From Antedon mediterranea (taxonomy: Eukaryota; Animalia; Echinodermata), in NCBI RefSeq assembly GCF_964355755.1, contig NC_092674.1:9796001-9860000 (forward strand): 64,000 nucleotides of DNA, given 5' to 3'. The notes beneath the pieces were generated by a model. The model was given only the letters and a program-made list of their open reading frames with translations, was not told where the DNA came from and ran no database searches. Positions 1-13,081 of this stretch are shown here, piece after piece. Positions within the stretch are counted from its first letter, which is position 1. Each line of letters opens with the position of its first letter. The position numbers and the translations under genes are program-made.

Positions 1-340
1 ATAATGAAACGATTGTGTTGGTGGATTACAAACTATTATAACACAGACAATGATGTGAAATAAAATTATGCCTTAAGCTATTCTTTTATCTTAGTATTAG
101 GCCTTATGGGTAAAATAAAAGCATTTGAAAGGTTGTGTTTCGGCAGCCTAAACAATTAACTGATACTATAATTGTTTTTATGGCTGCGAAAAGACTGCCA
201 AAGATAATAATATTATTATATTTGTATCAGTTCATTTTAAGCCTGTGCTTGTAGCCTGACTAAAAATAAAATGATATATTTAATTCAGATTGACTTGTAA
301 ATTAATAACCTTTGACCTTTGTATTGTAATTTCATTTTAG

Positions 341-3300
341 GTTATCCTCCAATTGATGAATATACTGTGGAGAGAATAATCGAAGAATGTGAAACACAGG
401 TCGGTATTAATTAACCATATTCACAAATATTTCAGAAACATATTTTTTTTTCCAAGATAATTGATTTTGATTATCAAAATATGAAATTAGATTCTTAACA
501 TCTAAAATGTGAGTAATTTCCATGCATAATTTCATTTTCATTATTTTTCATTAAGTATAATTGTTGGTTTGTTTTCTCCACAGTGCCATAGTAACATAGA
601 ACATGCAATACAAACTGAAGAAGGCCTCGGTATAGAATATGATGAAGATGTTATTTGTGATGTTTGTAGAGCTGTAAGTGTTAGCTGACAAAATAGCATA
701 CTTAACAATGAATGAGTTTTTTAAAATGATATCATAATTATGTAGTTATACATTATTTCCAAATACAACAAAATTTGGTTTTTGAATTTTGAAATTTTCA
801 TTTGCACATCATGCAAAGACCAACTTTAAATTATCGATGTAAATTATTTTGAAAACGTAACACATAGTTAGAGACTGAATTCTAATTGCAATGGTCTATA
901 CACAACATAAGCATATAAAATCATTATCTTTCAAAACGCATTTGTTTATTTTTAGCCGGATTGTGAGGAAGGCAATGAAATGGTTTTCTGTGACAAGTGT
1001 GATGTCTGTGTTCATCAGGTAATTGTATAATGATATACCGTATATCCTTAGGTATAATCCCACTTTGGGTCTAATCCCATCCCCTACTTTATGTCTGATA
1101 TCACAAACAGTCCCACCCCCAAAGTTGGTGGTGATATTATACCAGAGGATATAATGTAATTATTATGAAGTAAAGTCTGAAGATAATCTGTAGTTTTTAG
1201 AAAAGCTGGGTTTACTGTATGCATGTTACGTTTACAGTATAATGAGAGATAACATTTTTTATTTTTTACACACAATATATATTTACATAAACTCATATTT
1301 AAAAAGAGTTAAATTTCATGTATACAATTTATAAAACAGTACAATTACACAACTCATTGTTTATTTTAGGCATGCTATGGTATCATTAATGTCCCAGAAG
1401 GAACGTGGATGTGCCGTACCTGTGCCCTAGGGATACAACCGGCATGTCTTCTGTGTGGCAAGAAAGGCGGAGTGATGAAAAGCACAAGGTATATTGAACA
1501 CACCTTGTGATTTGATTTGATGATTATGTATCACATACCATGCATTATTCAGATCCATTCTCACTATTAGCTGGTATATTGCACTTTTGAGAATGATGTG
1601 CTTATGACTGTTGCAATTTTTTTTAAATAGTCCAATCCATCTTTCAACAATATTCTATCCTACTTATAAACATTTATTAATTATGTACTAGCAGTAATAG
1701 GTGTTAAAAAGTTAATAGAAACAATTAGGATTACATATCATTATTTATAAGGTTGCTCTTCTCATGAATATGCATAACTTTATTATGATTAGGAGTGGAA
1801 CAAAGTGGTCACATGTCAGCTGTGCATTGTGGGTACCCGAAGTATCCATTGGGTGTGTTGATAGGATGGAACCTGTAACCAAAATTTCACAAATTCCAGT
1901 AAGGATTATATTATTATTTTTTTTATAAATAAAAATAAATTTTTTTTCAATTCAATTTTATTTCATAAGATACATCATTGTTTAATAACATGAGTAGAAT
2001 GCACTTATGCAGGATAAACATTAATAAACCCAAAGGGCATGATCATAGTCATGGAATATTAACAACTTATCGACCTAACCCCTAAATAAACAGAAACTAA
2101 CTTTCTAAAAAATGACACAATAAATAGTTGGATAAGTTGTTGTCATGCTCTTCATCTGGTATGACATTTTAAATGACACAATAAATAGTTGGATAAGTTG
2201 TTGTCATGCTCTTCATCTGGTATGACATTTTAAATGACACAATAAATAGTTGGATAAGTTGTTGTCATGCTCTTCATCTGGTATGACATTTAAAAATTCT
2301 AAATTGTTCTCTAAATCCAGAATTTCTAATAGTTTGATTTTCTTACAAATTGTACACATTATTAAAAATTAAAAATATTTACTTTATTACAGGCCAGTCG
2401 ATGGGCGTTAGTTTGCAATCTGTGTAGAGTGAGGACAGGAGCGTGCATTCAATGCTCTGTAAGTTGATATACATATTGTCTCTTTTTACCTTTTGAGGAC
2501 ATGAAAGCCTCGTGAAACTTTATTAAGTAAAGTATGTGTTTAGGCTGACCAAAATTTAATGTATTTTATTGATTGCAAATTGACTTTATTATGTTATTTT
2601 AATGTAGGTAAAAACTTGCAAGACGGCCTACCATGTTACCTGTGGGTTTGAGAACAGTCTTGAGATGAAAACCTTTCTAGATGAAGACTCAGAGGTCAGG
2701 TTTAAGGTCAGTATATTCAGATGCTGGTCTATACTGGCCATTTTGCACAGTGGTCAACGATAGTCGGCCCTGTCCAGTAATCTGAATTTCCAACCACCAC
2801 TTTAATAACGCCGACCACCACTATATTTATATATACTGTATATATTTTTCTTAATAATTGCAACACTAGAGTTGATAGATATATTAACTGGAATATTGTA
2901 ATACAGTCAACTCTCCCAATACCGGACTCTTTTTGAGGACCAAATGGTCCCAAATTTATATTTACCATTAAAAACACATTCCGAATACCAGACTTTCCAG
3001 AAAACCAGACTTATTTGGCCGGCCCAAAGGTGTCCGGTATTGGGAGAGTTGACTGTATACGCTTTTACACTTCATGTTTGATTAAATAATTTCAGGCTAG
3101 TGCCTATTAGCTTCAATACCCACTCTTAAATAGTCTAGTATTGACTGAGGGTAATATAATAATAACATCTAGCATACAATATCCTCAGCTTAGTTTAGAC
3201 TTTAATAATCTGAGCCAGGTGAGATGTGCTTGCCATGACTTTCAAGCCTCAACTAGACAACACAAATAATTATACATATTTCTATTTCATAATCAAACCT

Positions 3301-6300
3301 TAACTTTTCTCGTTTAGTCATTTTGCTTAAAGCACTGCTCAAAGAAACCTGATGTGGACTCTCCACGCAAACAGGGCATGGCAAAGAAAGAAAAAACACA
3401 GGAAGAGAAAGCCAATGACCGAGTCATCAGGTATTGCATTTCTTCTGTTTCAATGTCCGCAAAACAATGTTATAAAATTCAACTCAAAATACATCTTAAA
3501 TCTTAAAGACCGGCTTCATTTAGTGGCGTTTTCCAACAGCCATTATGAACCGCCTATTCTAAAAGAACTGAACTGGACATAGTTTTGTTTGAAAATAATT
3601 TACATAAAGTTGTTCAACCATCTAAGAAAGAATTTATGCAACAATGCACAAACTATTCTTCTGAACATCTTTCGAAATCGTTAATAATTACAATAGAACA
3701 TCAATTACTTTCTTACTTAAGCCTTGTTACACCTAGCAGGGCATATGCCATCAACTACACATCTCCATCTCACACGGTTCTGGGCAATTCCCTCTACCTC
3801 TGTCCAGTTGTAGCCAGCATCCTGCACCTCCTTCACCTCAATTAAGGAGACGCTATTCTCATTGACAATAATTACACACACACGCTCTTCACTACTAATC
3901 CTTTTCTTTTTTGCATGCGACTCCTGACCAATGTACACGATAACCAACAAGGGCTTTTTTTTTTTCGCTTTTTCAGAATTCAACGGATCATGGAGGAGTT
4001 CTATGACTATGCAGAATCTGAATCAGTAGCAGAGTCGTTAGGAATGAAGGATGACATAGATACTATAGACTTATTACTTCAGTACTGGAAGCTCAAGCGC
4101 AGGGTAATTAGAAATTGTAAAAATATTCCTTTTTACAAAAAATTTATTTATTTTTATACACACGCCTTAAAAAATAATATCCTGGATTTATGAAGCACCT
4201 AATGTTGTGAAACTTCCTAAGCGCTGTAGATATTATTACCCGGTCATTTTTGGATCAAACATGTATGGAAACATAATCCCATAATGCAGCTAGTAATCAG
4301 CAAAAAGTTGTGTCTTGACCTTACCAGGTACCCATTTCTACAACTGGCAAATGTAGGTAAAGTGTCTTGCCTAAGAATACAAAAATGTTACAAGAATTGG
4401 ATTTGTACCCAAAATCTCAGGATCAGTAGTCCAACACACTGCACCACACTCCCTTACAGCAGGTAACTTGCCATTTACAGGATGGATAAACTATATTGTG
4501 TGCAGCTTATAAACCCATTTGAGGCTTAGGGAGTGGAGACGAAACATTTGTGTGTCATGTCCCTGTAGGTCAAGATTGAACCCTGGACCTTGGGATTGGA
4601 AGGCACGCATGTTAACCACCAAGCTACAGCTCCACTATAATTTCAGTAGAAAATTTTGAAATATTTGAAGGAAACAATGACTATTATTGTTTATTTCGTT
4701 TATCTAGGCCAACTTCAACAAACCTCTCATTTCATTCCGCAAGGAGGACGAGACGCCGAGTGAAAATGAGGAGTACAACCTCACAGCACGTCTCAAGATG
4801 TTTGTACATCTACGACAAGATCTTGAACGGGTAGGTTCAAAATTTGATCTTTTTTTTCCAAAAGATATTCTACCATTTTTCTCCCAATACCAGACTCTGA
4901 AACCAAAAACTTTTCTTGACCAAATGGCCAAGAATTCCTTTATAGCATTAAAATCTATTCAGAATACTAGACTTTTCGGAAAATCATTAGTTTACTGTAG
5001 TTGAAGTATTATTGAACATTTCCATATTTATCATTTTCAGGTACGAAATTTGTGCTACATGGTGCAGAAACGAGAAAAACTAAGCAAGCAATACCTCAAA
5101 CTTAAACATCAAATTTTCAAAAAGCAATGCGAAGTTTTCAACAGTGATACCACCGATTTGACAGAAGAAGAATTAAATTTGTTCGTAAATGCGGATTCGC
5201 TTAGCAGCAAGGAACGTGTAAATGAACGTTTGGATAGGATGGTAAAGTGCCAAAGTGCGTCGGATGACGATGATACATCCGATGTTAACTCGCCAAAAAT
5301 GTGTCATAAATCTTTAGAAAACGGTGCATCGCGTAATCGACACAATACGCAAAGATCAGTAGGGCATTCAGATGCTGATGTCAGCGATTTGGAAAGCGAG
5401 GAAGAAAAACATTCTACAAATGAAATGTTTAGTGCTAATCGTGATCTAGATATAGAAACTGATAAACAAGATATCTGTAGATCGCATAATGCAGATACAA
5501 AGAATCGTGTAAAACGATTCAAACGAACTGTAAATGGACGATTTGGAAAAAGTAGTCAGAAAGTTTGTAGAAATGAAAAGAACTCTGATAGCGTTTTTGA
5601 TGATACGAAAGAGGAAATTGCGCCCGAGTGCAGGAACGGAGTTGATGTAACAACTCGACATAAAAGTACTGACGCTTTACGTGAAATTGATGCGAAAGAA
5701 AACCATGGTGTTTGCAAAGGAAAGAGATTATCGGGAAAACGGAGAGTTGTCAATGTTGAAAAAGAAAACGATGAATCATTATCGGAAACGGAAATACTGC
5801 GACGAACAAAACACAATGACACTTCTATTGACCAATCAGAACAATTATATATTGACAACAGTGATAGTAATCTTTCATCAGATCTGCGAACATTAAGTTT
5901 AGGGAAACGCCGAAATCAAAAGAATCAGAAATCACGGACCAAAGAATGGATTGAAGATATGAGTGATGACAGTTTATCAAATTTTGAAGATTTAAAAAAA
6001 TCAAATGAAAATGATCATGTTAAAAACTTCAACCGTTTAAGATGTGATAGCGATGATAGTGTTTCAGAAAGTGATCAAAAGCCAAAGAGGAACCGTCGCA
6101 GGTCCAAGCAAATGTCGGGCAATCATAAAATTGTGAAAAACAAATCGTTTGCGAATGAAAGCGATGATAATTCTGTTCCAGTTCATGTGGAAGAGAAAAA
6201 TAAAATAATACCCGATAAACAAATGCAATCAAAAAATAGTACTGTAGACCAAAATGATTGTGTGGCAAAGAATCAAAATATTGACACTAAAAATATTGAC

Positions 6301-9300
6301 ACTAACTGTACAAACAGTAGATTGACTGTCAGGACAAAGGCAATGCGAAAGATTCTTCCTCCCAGAGTAAAAAACTTAGTAAACAAACTGAAAGAATCAG
6401 CTAGTAAGAAAAACGATATCAAATCAAAGCTATTATCTGGCAAAGTGCATGAGAATGATGTAGCGCACGACAGTAATGATACTGCCGTTAACCGTACAAG
6501 AAATACAAGGAAAGGTGTTCGCTCACGAACTGACTCATCCTCAAAAGAGGAATCAAATGTTCCTACAATTAGTAAAGAAGTAAAACCTATTAAAGGGAGC
6601 GATGAGGCAATTACTACCTCAACAAGAAATTCGCGGAAGTGTGTTCGTGAAAGAGTAGAATTGCCTTCAAAAGAAAAATCAAATGGGCCAACAAGGGAGA
6701 GAATAAATTCAGAAATAAAATCTGAAAGAGAGAGTGATGAATCAGTAAATCTGTATTCACAGGAGAGTAACCGTAAAAGGACAGATTCAGTTTCAGAAGT
6801 AAAGTCTAGGTTTTCAGCCAATAATGATAGTATTGAGGTTGATATTAGAGCGGATAGAGACAGTGATGATTCAATACGCTTAACAAGGCAGACATGTTTC
6901 CAAGCAAAAGTGCCCTTAGAGACGAGTAAAAGTGATAAACAAATTGAAAAGAAATCTGAGGGTGCCAGTGATGAATTTGGTCCTCATCCAACAAAACATC
7001 CTAGAAAAATGTTGATTTCCCAAGTTGACTTATCTTTAGATTCAAATATGCCATTAACTATTAACAAAGATTTGAATTCAGAAGTTATATCAGTTAAACA
7101 AGTTGAAGAATCAAATTGTCAATTGACATCTTCAAGGCATCTTCGGAAGAAAAATGTACACACTACGAATAAAACATTTTTACAAGTAGATTCATCAACT
7201 AATAAAGATACTGATATAGACACGAAATCTAATTTTGAAAACGATAAGAAAGAAGCCGTCAATCCACGATTGTCTAGGAATTTACGTAAACAAGATACAA
7301 AATCAGAACTGGAAGCCAAGGTGGTATCAAATCATATCGGAAATGAAAATGTTGGTTCTACTGAAAATGTTTTGAGCAATAGCCCCGGGAATATAACGCA
7401 CTGTAACACAAAAGAGTATAGTATGAATGTTGAAGTTAACCACTTTGAACAGAGGCAAGGCTCAGTTACGAAAACATGTAAAGCATTACCTAAGAAGCCA
7501 AAAAGGCGGAGAGTGTCCAATAGCTCAACTACAAACACATCTCACTCTGAAACTAAGTTTCCACCACGTCGGTCAAAAAGAACAGTTGTTAAAAATGACC
7601 TAGAGGCTTCAACTGATCTTCAACATTTGTCAAATGAAATTGATATGAAGAATTCAGTAATTCTTGATCCAGTCATACTTGTAGAAGAACCCATTGATGG
7701 CTTGCAGGAACTACCAAACTCTGTCCAGGTACTAAATTCTGCATCGGACACAACAATTAACGAGTCATCTGGGTATGTGGCATCACCACAACAAAATGTT
7801 CACCTTGAACTGGATGACGAGAGCTCTTCAGGTGAAAGTCATTTTGGAATTCGAAAGACCATTACTGATTTTCTTGCTCATGGAGATTCATCTTCAGCAG
7901 CCGAAAGCAACATAAAAACAAATGTAGCTCCTCGTCAAGCCAAACGTCTGACTAGGTCTGTTCGCAATGCATTCGTTAAGCAGGTGCCTCCAAAAGAGAG
8001 CAGGTCATCAACAGAGAGCGAAGATGACACAAAGACTGTTCAGAAACTGGCAGTACCCCCACCTCCATTAATTCGATTGGAACAAGTACAAAATGAAGTT
8101 ATAAAGAAAGAGATTGAAAACTTGCCGTCTCCTAAAAAAGAAGAATTACCAGTTACGCCATTTCTTACTCAAGTGGAGAACATCGCAACAACTCAGTCGC
8201 CTACAAAAGATGAACAAATTCCTTCTGATGTAGTTCCTTTGAAAGAACAGAATGAGTTGGTGGCACCATGTCCAGTAAAAGAAGAGAACTCATCACCTGT
8301 ATTGCATCATGGAAATGAGGTTGCATCATCATCATCAGACAGTGATTCAAATGGAAGCTCTGTAGACTCTGATAGTGGTCAGTCTTCCTCAAGCTCCTCC
8401 TCTTCATCATCCCAAAAGAGCAACTCTAGTCAAAACTCATCTTCATCTAGTTCTGATTCTTCAGAAAGTTTTCATACGTGCGACAGTGGCAGTGAACATG
8501 CCAACTCTGATAAGGAACAACCAGATCAAGAAGTGGCTAAAAGAAAAGGGTTGAGAAGAAGCACACGCGTTCAGACCCAGCAGCAGCAGCAGCAGCAACA
8601 GGAACAGGCGAAAGAGATAAACGCAATCACCAGCAATGCAAGTGAGGATCCTTATCATGAAGACCATATAGATGCCGAACTAGATGCTGTACCCTCCTCA
8701 CCCATAATTGACAAGACCATTCGAAAGCGAGTACCAGAGGGAATTAAAAGAAAAGAATCTCAAACTGCCAATCCAAATGCTTTTGCCAAAAAGCCAAGAA
8801 GAAACGGTATTATTAATGACAAGAAAATTGATTCCTATTTTAAACCTATTTCAAAAACTGTTGATAAAGACAAAAATGAAGCAATACCGAAACTTATTAT
8901 ACGAATACCAGAGTGTATCCAGAAGTCCCCAACCAAGTTGAAAATTAGAGTTCCAACCTCACCCTATAGTTCATACAATAGTCCATATCGAGGGGACGAC
9001 CACGTTCTGAAAAAGCGCATAAAAACCAATCATGTAAACAACACTGACGTTGATAATTTTCGAATAAAAGGTTTAAACGCTTATGTCACGAATGCAACAT
9101 CAGTCGTTAGCTCACCAGAAACTAGAGGTGCTAGACGGCGGATTGATTTAGAGTTAAACTCAAAAAGTGTTGACCGTGAGTTTGAAAATGTGGACAATGA
9201 GATTAGTATATGTCGTTCAAGTCGTGAGCCAAGTCCAGTCTCTGATTCACCGCAGAAGCCGTTGACGGAAAGGTTAGTTTTAAGGAGGACGACTGGCAAT

Positions 9301-9333
9301 AACTATCAGGTATCTCAAGGCAGCCAAAGGTGA
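341..9333 (+). CDS. JADE1: Jade/PHF17-family PHD (PZP) scaffold of the HBO1 acetyltransferase complex; 5'-partial, 11 coding exons in window
   Basis: GT-AG exons with consistent phases: 341-399, 584-673, 956-1018, 1370-1488, 1793-1898, 2393-2458, 2608-2706, 3318-3430, 3977-4103, 4708-4830, 5041-9333. Translation gives [22 protein letters not shown]...[20 protein letters not shown]...[17 protein letters not shown]...RWALVCNLC...AYHVTC...YWKLKRR...[22 protein letters not shown], the PZP and flanking segments typical of Jade proteins. Orthology to a single vertebrate paralog cannot be resolved. Confidence 0.93.
2110..2292. repeat. Tandem repeat, 3 x 61 bp, in a Jade intron
   Basis: Unit aaatgacacaataaatagttggataagttgttgtcatgctcttcatctggtatgacatttt starts at 2110, 2171 and 2232; copies are essentially identical. 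Confidence 0.95.
2904..3055. mobile_element. Tc1/mariner (pogo/Tigger-like) MITE
   Basis: 24-bp TIR cagtcaactctcccaataccggac / gtccggtattgggagagttgactg, flanked by TA on both sides. Confidence 0.85.
3708..3837 (-). mobile_element. 5'-truncated RTE-clade LINE 3' end
   Basis: Minus strand encodes [30 protein letters not shown]...*, the usual RTE ORF C-terminus, followed by a TAAG-like tail; tcaatta is repeated at 3701-3707 and 3838-3844 (candidate TSD). Confidence 0.7.
4300..4637 (-). mobile_element. Degenerate tRNA-derived SINE fragment(s)
   Basis: Reverse complement of 4568-4637 has an A box (tagcttggtgg) and B box (ggttcaatc). Further along that strand, cttaggcaagacacttt...aaatgggtacc resembles a conserved SINE central domain. 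Confidence 0.5.
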
Positions 9334-9610
9334 CAAAATCAGACAGAACAATTCAAAGCTCATTAGGTGCCTATATATAATATTGCCTAATATTTCTGTC
9401 ATTGAATGTGATAAGAACTAATGAGAAAGTAAAACGTTTTTAGATTTATTATTAGTTTATATTTGAACAGTATTTTATGTGTACGGTATTGAGGAACTTG
9501 ACTATTCATTGGTCCCAGTTTGCTACCCAATGTGCTATTTCACTAACGCTTAAAAAATTACGTGGGTCACTGTATTTTTCTCTAGTTTTCTGACACAGAC
9601 GTGTTACTTA

Positions 9611-9783
9611 AGCTTTGTCTACACTATCAAACTTTATGTGACAAACAAATTTGATGTGCCCAAATATGGTAGTGATATTCTTAAATATGGTAGTGATATA
9701 ACATCATCATGTCCATATATGGGCATGGGTTTTCATATATCACATTTTTTTGTCACATAAAATTTGGTAGTGTAGACAGAGCT
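9611..9783. mobile_element. PIF/Harbinger (Tourist-like) MITE, family B
   Basis: TIR agct(c/t)tgtctacactatcaaa with TTA on both sides. Related copies at 10021-10144, about 24143-24290, 30131-30288, 51422-51561 and about 60880-60945. Confidence 0.8.
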
Positions 9784-12700
9784 TTATACCTATACAAACT
9801 GTGATGATTGGTTGTCTATGATGTAATCAGTGTTACAGTGTACTGTGGGAACTCCTCCTTCGGGACACCCCTATATAAGGTGACACTTTCCCATAAAGGA
9901 ACAAAGAGAAGTATATGTTTAACGCTCTTTTTGAGAGGAAACTTTGTTTGCTCTTGAAAGTGTTTCCTTAATATGGGTTCTACTGTGCTTTCAATTGCAA
10001 TTTGGTTGACCCTTAACCTCAGTCTACACTATCAAATTAGTTTTGACAACTTATGTGCCCAAATATGATAGTGATATTATGTCATCATGTCCATATATGA
10101 GCACATTTTTTTGTCACATAAAGTTTGATAGTGTACATAGAGCCTTAGTTTTTAGAATTGATCACTGTATCTGAATTTCTCCAGTATCAAATTCCGTGGT
10201 AGAGCATTTCAAGTGTTGCATATGTGACACCGGTATCATGTGATACACAGGAAATGCCGTATTGTGGAATTATGATACTGGGAAAATATTGTCACAGTCA
10301 TGTGGAAAACACTGAAAATTGGTTGCATCCAATTCTCGATGCTGTATCGTGTGTCAGGCAAATTCTGTGATACATGTGTTCCCATGTTTTACAGATTTTT
10401 AAATCTCATTGCAATTGTTAACATCTTGGTCAGATTTCACTTGTTGTTTATAGTGAATCAATGTGATTGGTTGTTTAGATAGGGTATAGGATATCTGTTT
10501 GGTGTTCTTTATTCTTCAATATTGCCAATGCCTTAATCCATGCCTTACCATTTGTCAACACAAATTGATTTATATACATCTCAGGTTTATAAAATCGTTT
10601 TTAGTTGCAAAATCATAATATACAATCATATAACTTTTTTAAATGGTTAAACTGAATTCATAGAAGTTTCTTTGGATTCTTAAGTGTTCTATTATTGTAT
10701 TACAAACCCTTCAAATCTGTTGTTCTATAGCATTTTTGTCACTTGGATCCTCTGCCCATTTTCAAGACCTGTTATGCAAAAAGTAAAATCTGTTCATAGG
10801 ACATATACACATGTGCCAGACAATATTTATTTTATTATTTTATTATATCTTGTTAACTTTAAAAAGTGCAACATCAAGCCAATTATTATATCTATTATTG
10901 AATTTATTTTATAATGAATATCAGATAAGTACTAAATCTAGATAATTTACCAGATTTCCTGAAGAAATTTAACAAATTTATAAATATAAAATTTGTATTC
11001 TAGAATTTAAATTATAGAAAGAAACAGTTGTTTGTAAATTGTTATATAATTATGATTGTAAAATTTTTTTTTTATTTATTATGAATTTGTGGAAATAGGC
11101 ATGATTGCTAATATTGCAGTTGAATTTGTTCATTTTTTTAAACTTGAATTTACTTTTGATTAAGGAAATCTTTAACATACATACAACAATTTAACTGATG
11201 TAGTTTAATGTGTACAAAATGTGGTCTTTTAAAATAAAGATTTAAGACAGATAAAATCTGAATAGCAGTTACATAAACATCTGATTTAGTTGTAAAAGCA
11301 CAATAAGTAGGGGCAGATCCAGGATTGTTGAAAGGGGTGGGGGTTGCTAGCATAACTAGCTATCAAAAATTGTTCATATCATTTTAAGGGGTGGGGGGTG
11401 GTAAGTAATGCTTGTCAAGCTAGATCCGCGCCTTAAAGCTGTCGCCCGAATTTTTTGATAAATACTGTTATTTACTAGTCAATGGTTGGTCCGTCCCTAA
11501 TTTACATATGCACCTTCAATGTCTTAATTGTTATAGGCCCACCTAAGCATTCAAATGAGGAAACTTGCTTAACGTCTCTCCTTTGACAGTATTTTCAATT
11601 ACGTTGTGTGATGTACAGAAGTATTTTAACTTTATTAAAACTATTTCTTGCCGTACCATTGGGGAATGTGTTATAATTATATCTAGAATGTTGCACACTT
11701 ATATATGCAATCTGTACTCAACTAAAAAGTTTTTCTCATTTAAAAGAATGAGATGTTTAAAATAATGTACCGTTTTTAATTGAACGTAACAAAGTTTTAT
11801 TTTGTTTTTGAGAAAGATAACTTAATTGTTGAAACACCTGAAGTTTAAAGGTCATTTGTGAAACACATTCTGTATACAGTACTGTATATGCGAAATATAT
11901 GTATACCATGCTTGCCTCCAATTAGGGACCACTTTTAAGACTAAGGCTTTAGTGGCAAGTTGGTCTCTAATTAAAGACCGGTATTTGGTATTAGTATTAT
12001 TTTTCTATATATATTATCAGTTCTGACGTTCTGTTTAAAAGTTAAGCGACTGAGATAGTGATGCTGTACTGCTTCTTAAAACAGTATGTCTCATAAATTT
12101 ATCAGATAATGCAATATTTTTTGTTATGTTTGTGTAAATTTTTCAAATTCTATAAAAAAATTAAGATTTCAGAAAAGAGATTAAATATTGTTATTATGCA
12201 GTAGGTCTATTGTACAAATCCAATTGGCACTTTTAGAATATTTCGTACAGTATTTGTTTCAAATAATTTTTAATGAATTTATTTTAGATACTGTATTTCA
12301 TTGAAGGCATATGTTGTTTAAGGGTTAATGTTGTTACTGTGTAGTTTATTGGACAAAAAGTATTTATGGTAATTTCGAACACTTTCAAAACTTCATTTCT
12401 GCATGAACTTTGAACCTTTGTGATAAAACAGTATAGTAGCAACTTTGCCATATTTTTAATGTACAGTGACTATTGATTACCTTTTTGAAACAAACTATAT
12501 TTTAAGGAATTGGAATTATTGAAAAGTTATCTAGGGTGGTTTTTATGCTTTTTTTATTTCATTTTTCGAATTATTTTTAGTGTGTTTGTAAATATTGTGG
12601 AGTATATAAAAATCTTTGAGAAGATTTTTTTTTCTCCTATATGCTTTCATGCCTTTTATGTAAATATCTGAATAAAAAAGGTAAAAATTTAAATGCTGCA

Positions 12701-12922
12701 AATGTGCACATAAAATCGACGCATGTGTCTTGTTTGAAACGCGTTTTGATATTGTTGTATATCTGGTATGAAACAGATAAATAAGGAGAGAAAAATAAGG
12801 AAATTAAAAATTATACAGACAAAAAACAAAACCATCCTGCCAATGCTAACAACATGATGCTGAGCTCCGTTAGATCAAAGGTTTTGTCCGAGATTGCGAC
12901 ACGATCGTTTCCACGCTCCTAA

Positions 12923-13081
12923 AGCTTGTTTCCCCATAGAACATAACGCAACGCAAGCGTTTTAACCAATGACAAGCAAAGTTATAGACAGTTAGCAATC
13001 ACAAGCGAATAAGTCATCACTTGTGATTGGTCAATTCACTTGCGTTGCGTTACGTCCTTGCGTTGCGTCGCTAGTGGGAAC
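12923..13081. mobile_element. Harbinger-like MITE family A copy, nested in an older TIR element (about 12836-13606)
   Basis: Matches 27292-27470 and 57550-57723. The outer element has the inverted repeat ctaacaacatgatgctgagctccg / cggagctcagcatcatgttgttag. Confidence 0.7.

Noticed and set aside
2110-2292. CRISPR-like array
   Set aside because: Eukaryotic intron, and the units have no unique spacers.
5304-9299. Many minus-strand and alternate-frame ORFs over the Jade last exon
   Set aside because: Shadow ORFs of a long low-complexity coding exon; no independent motifs.
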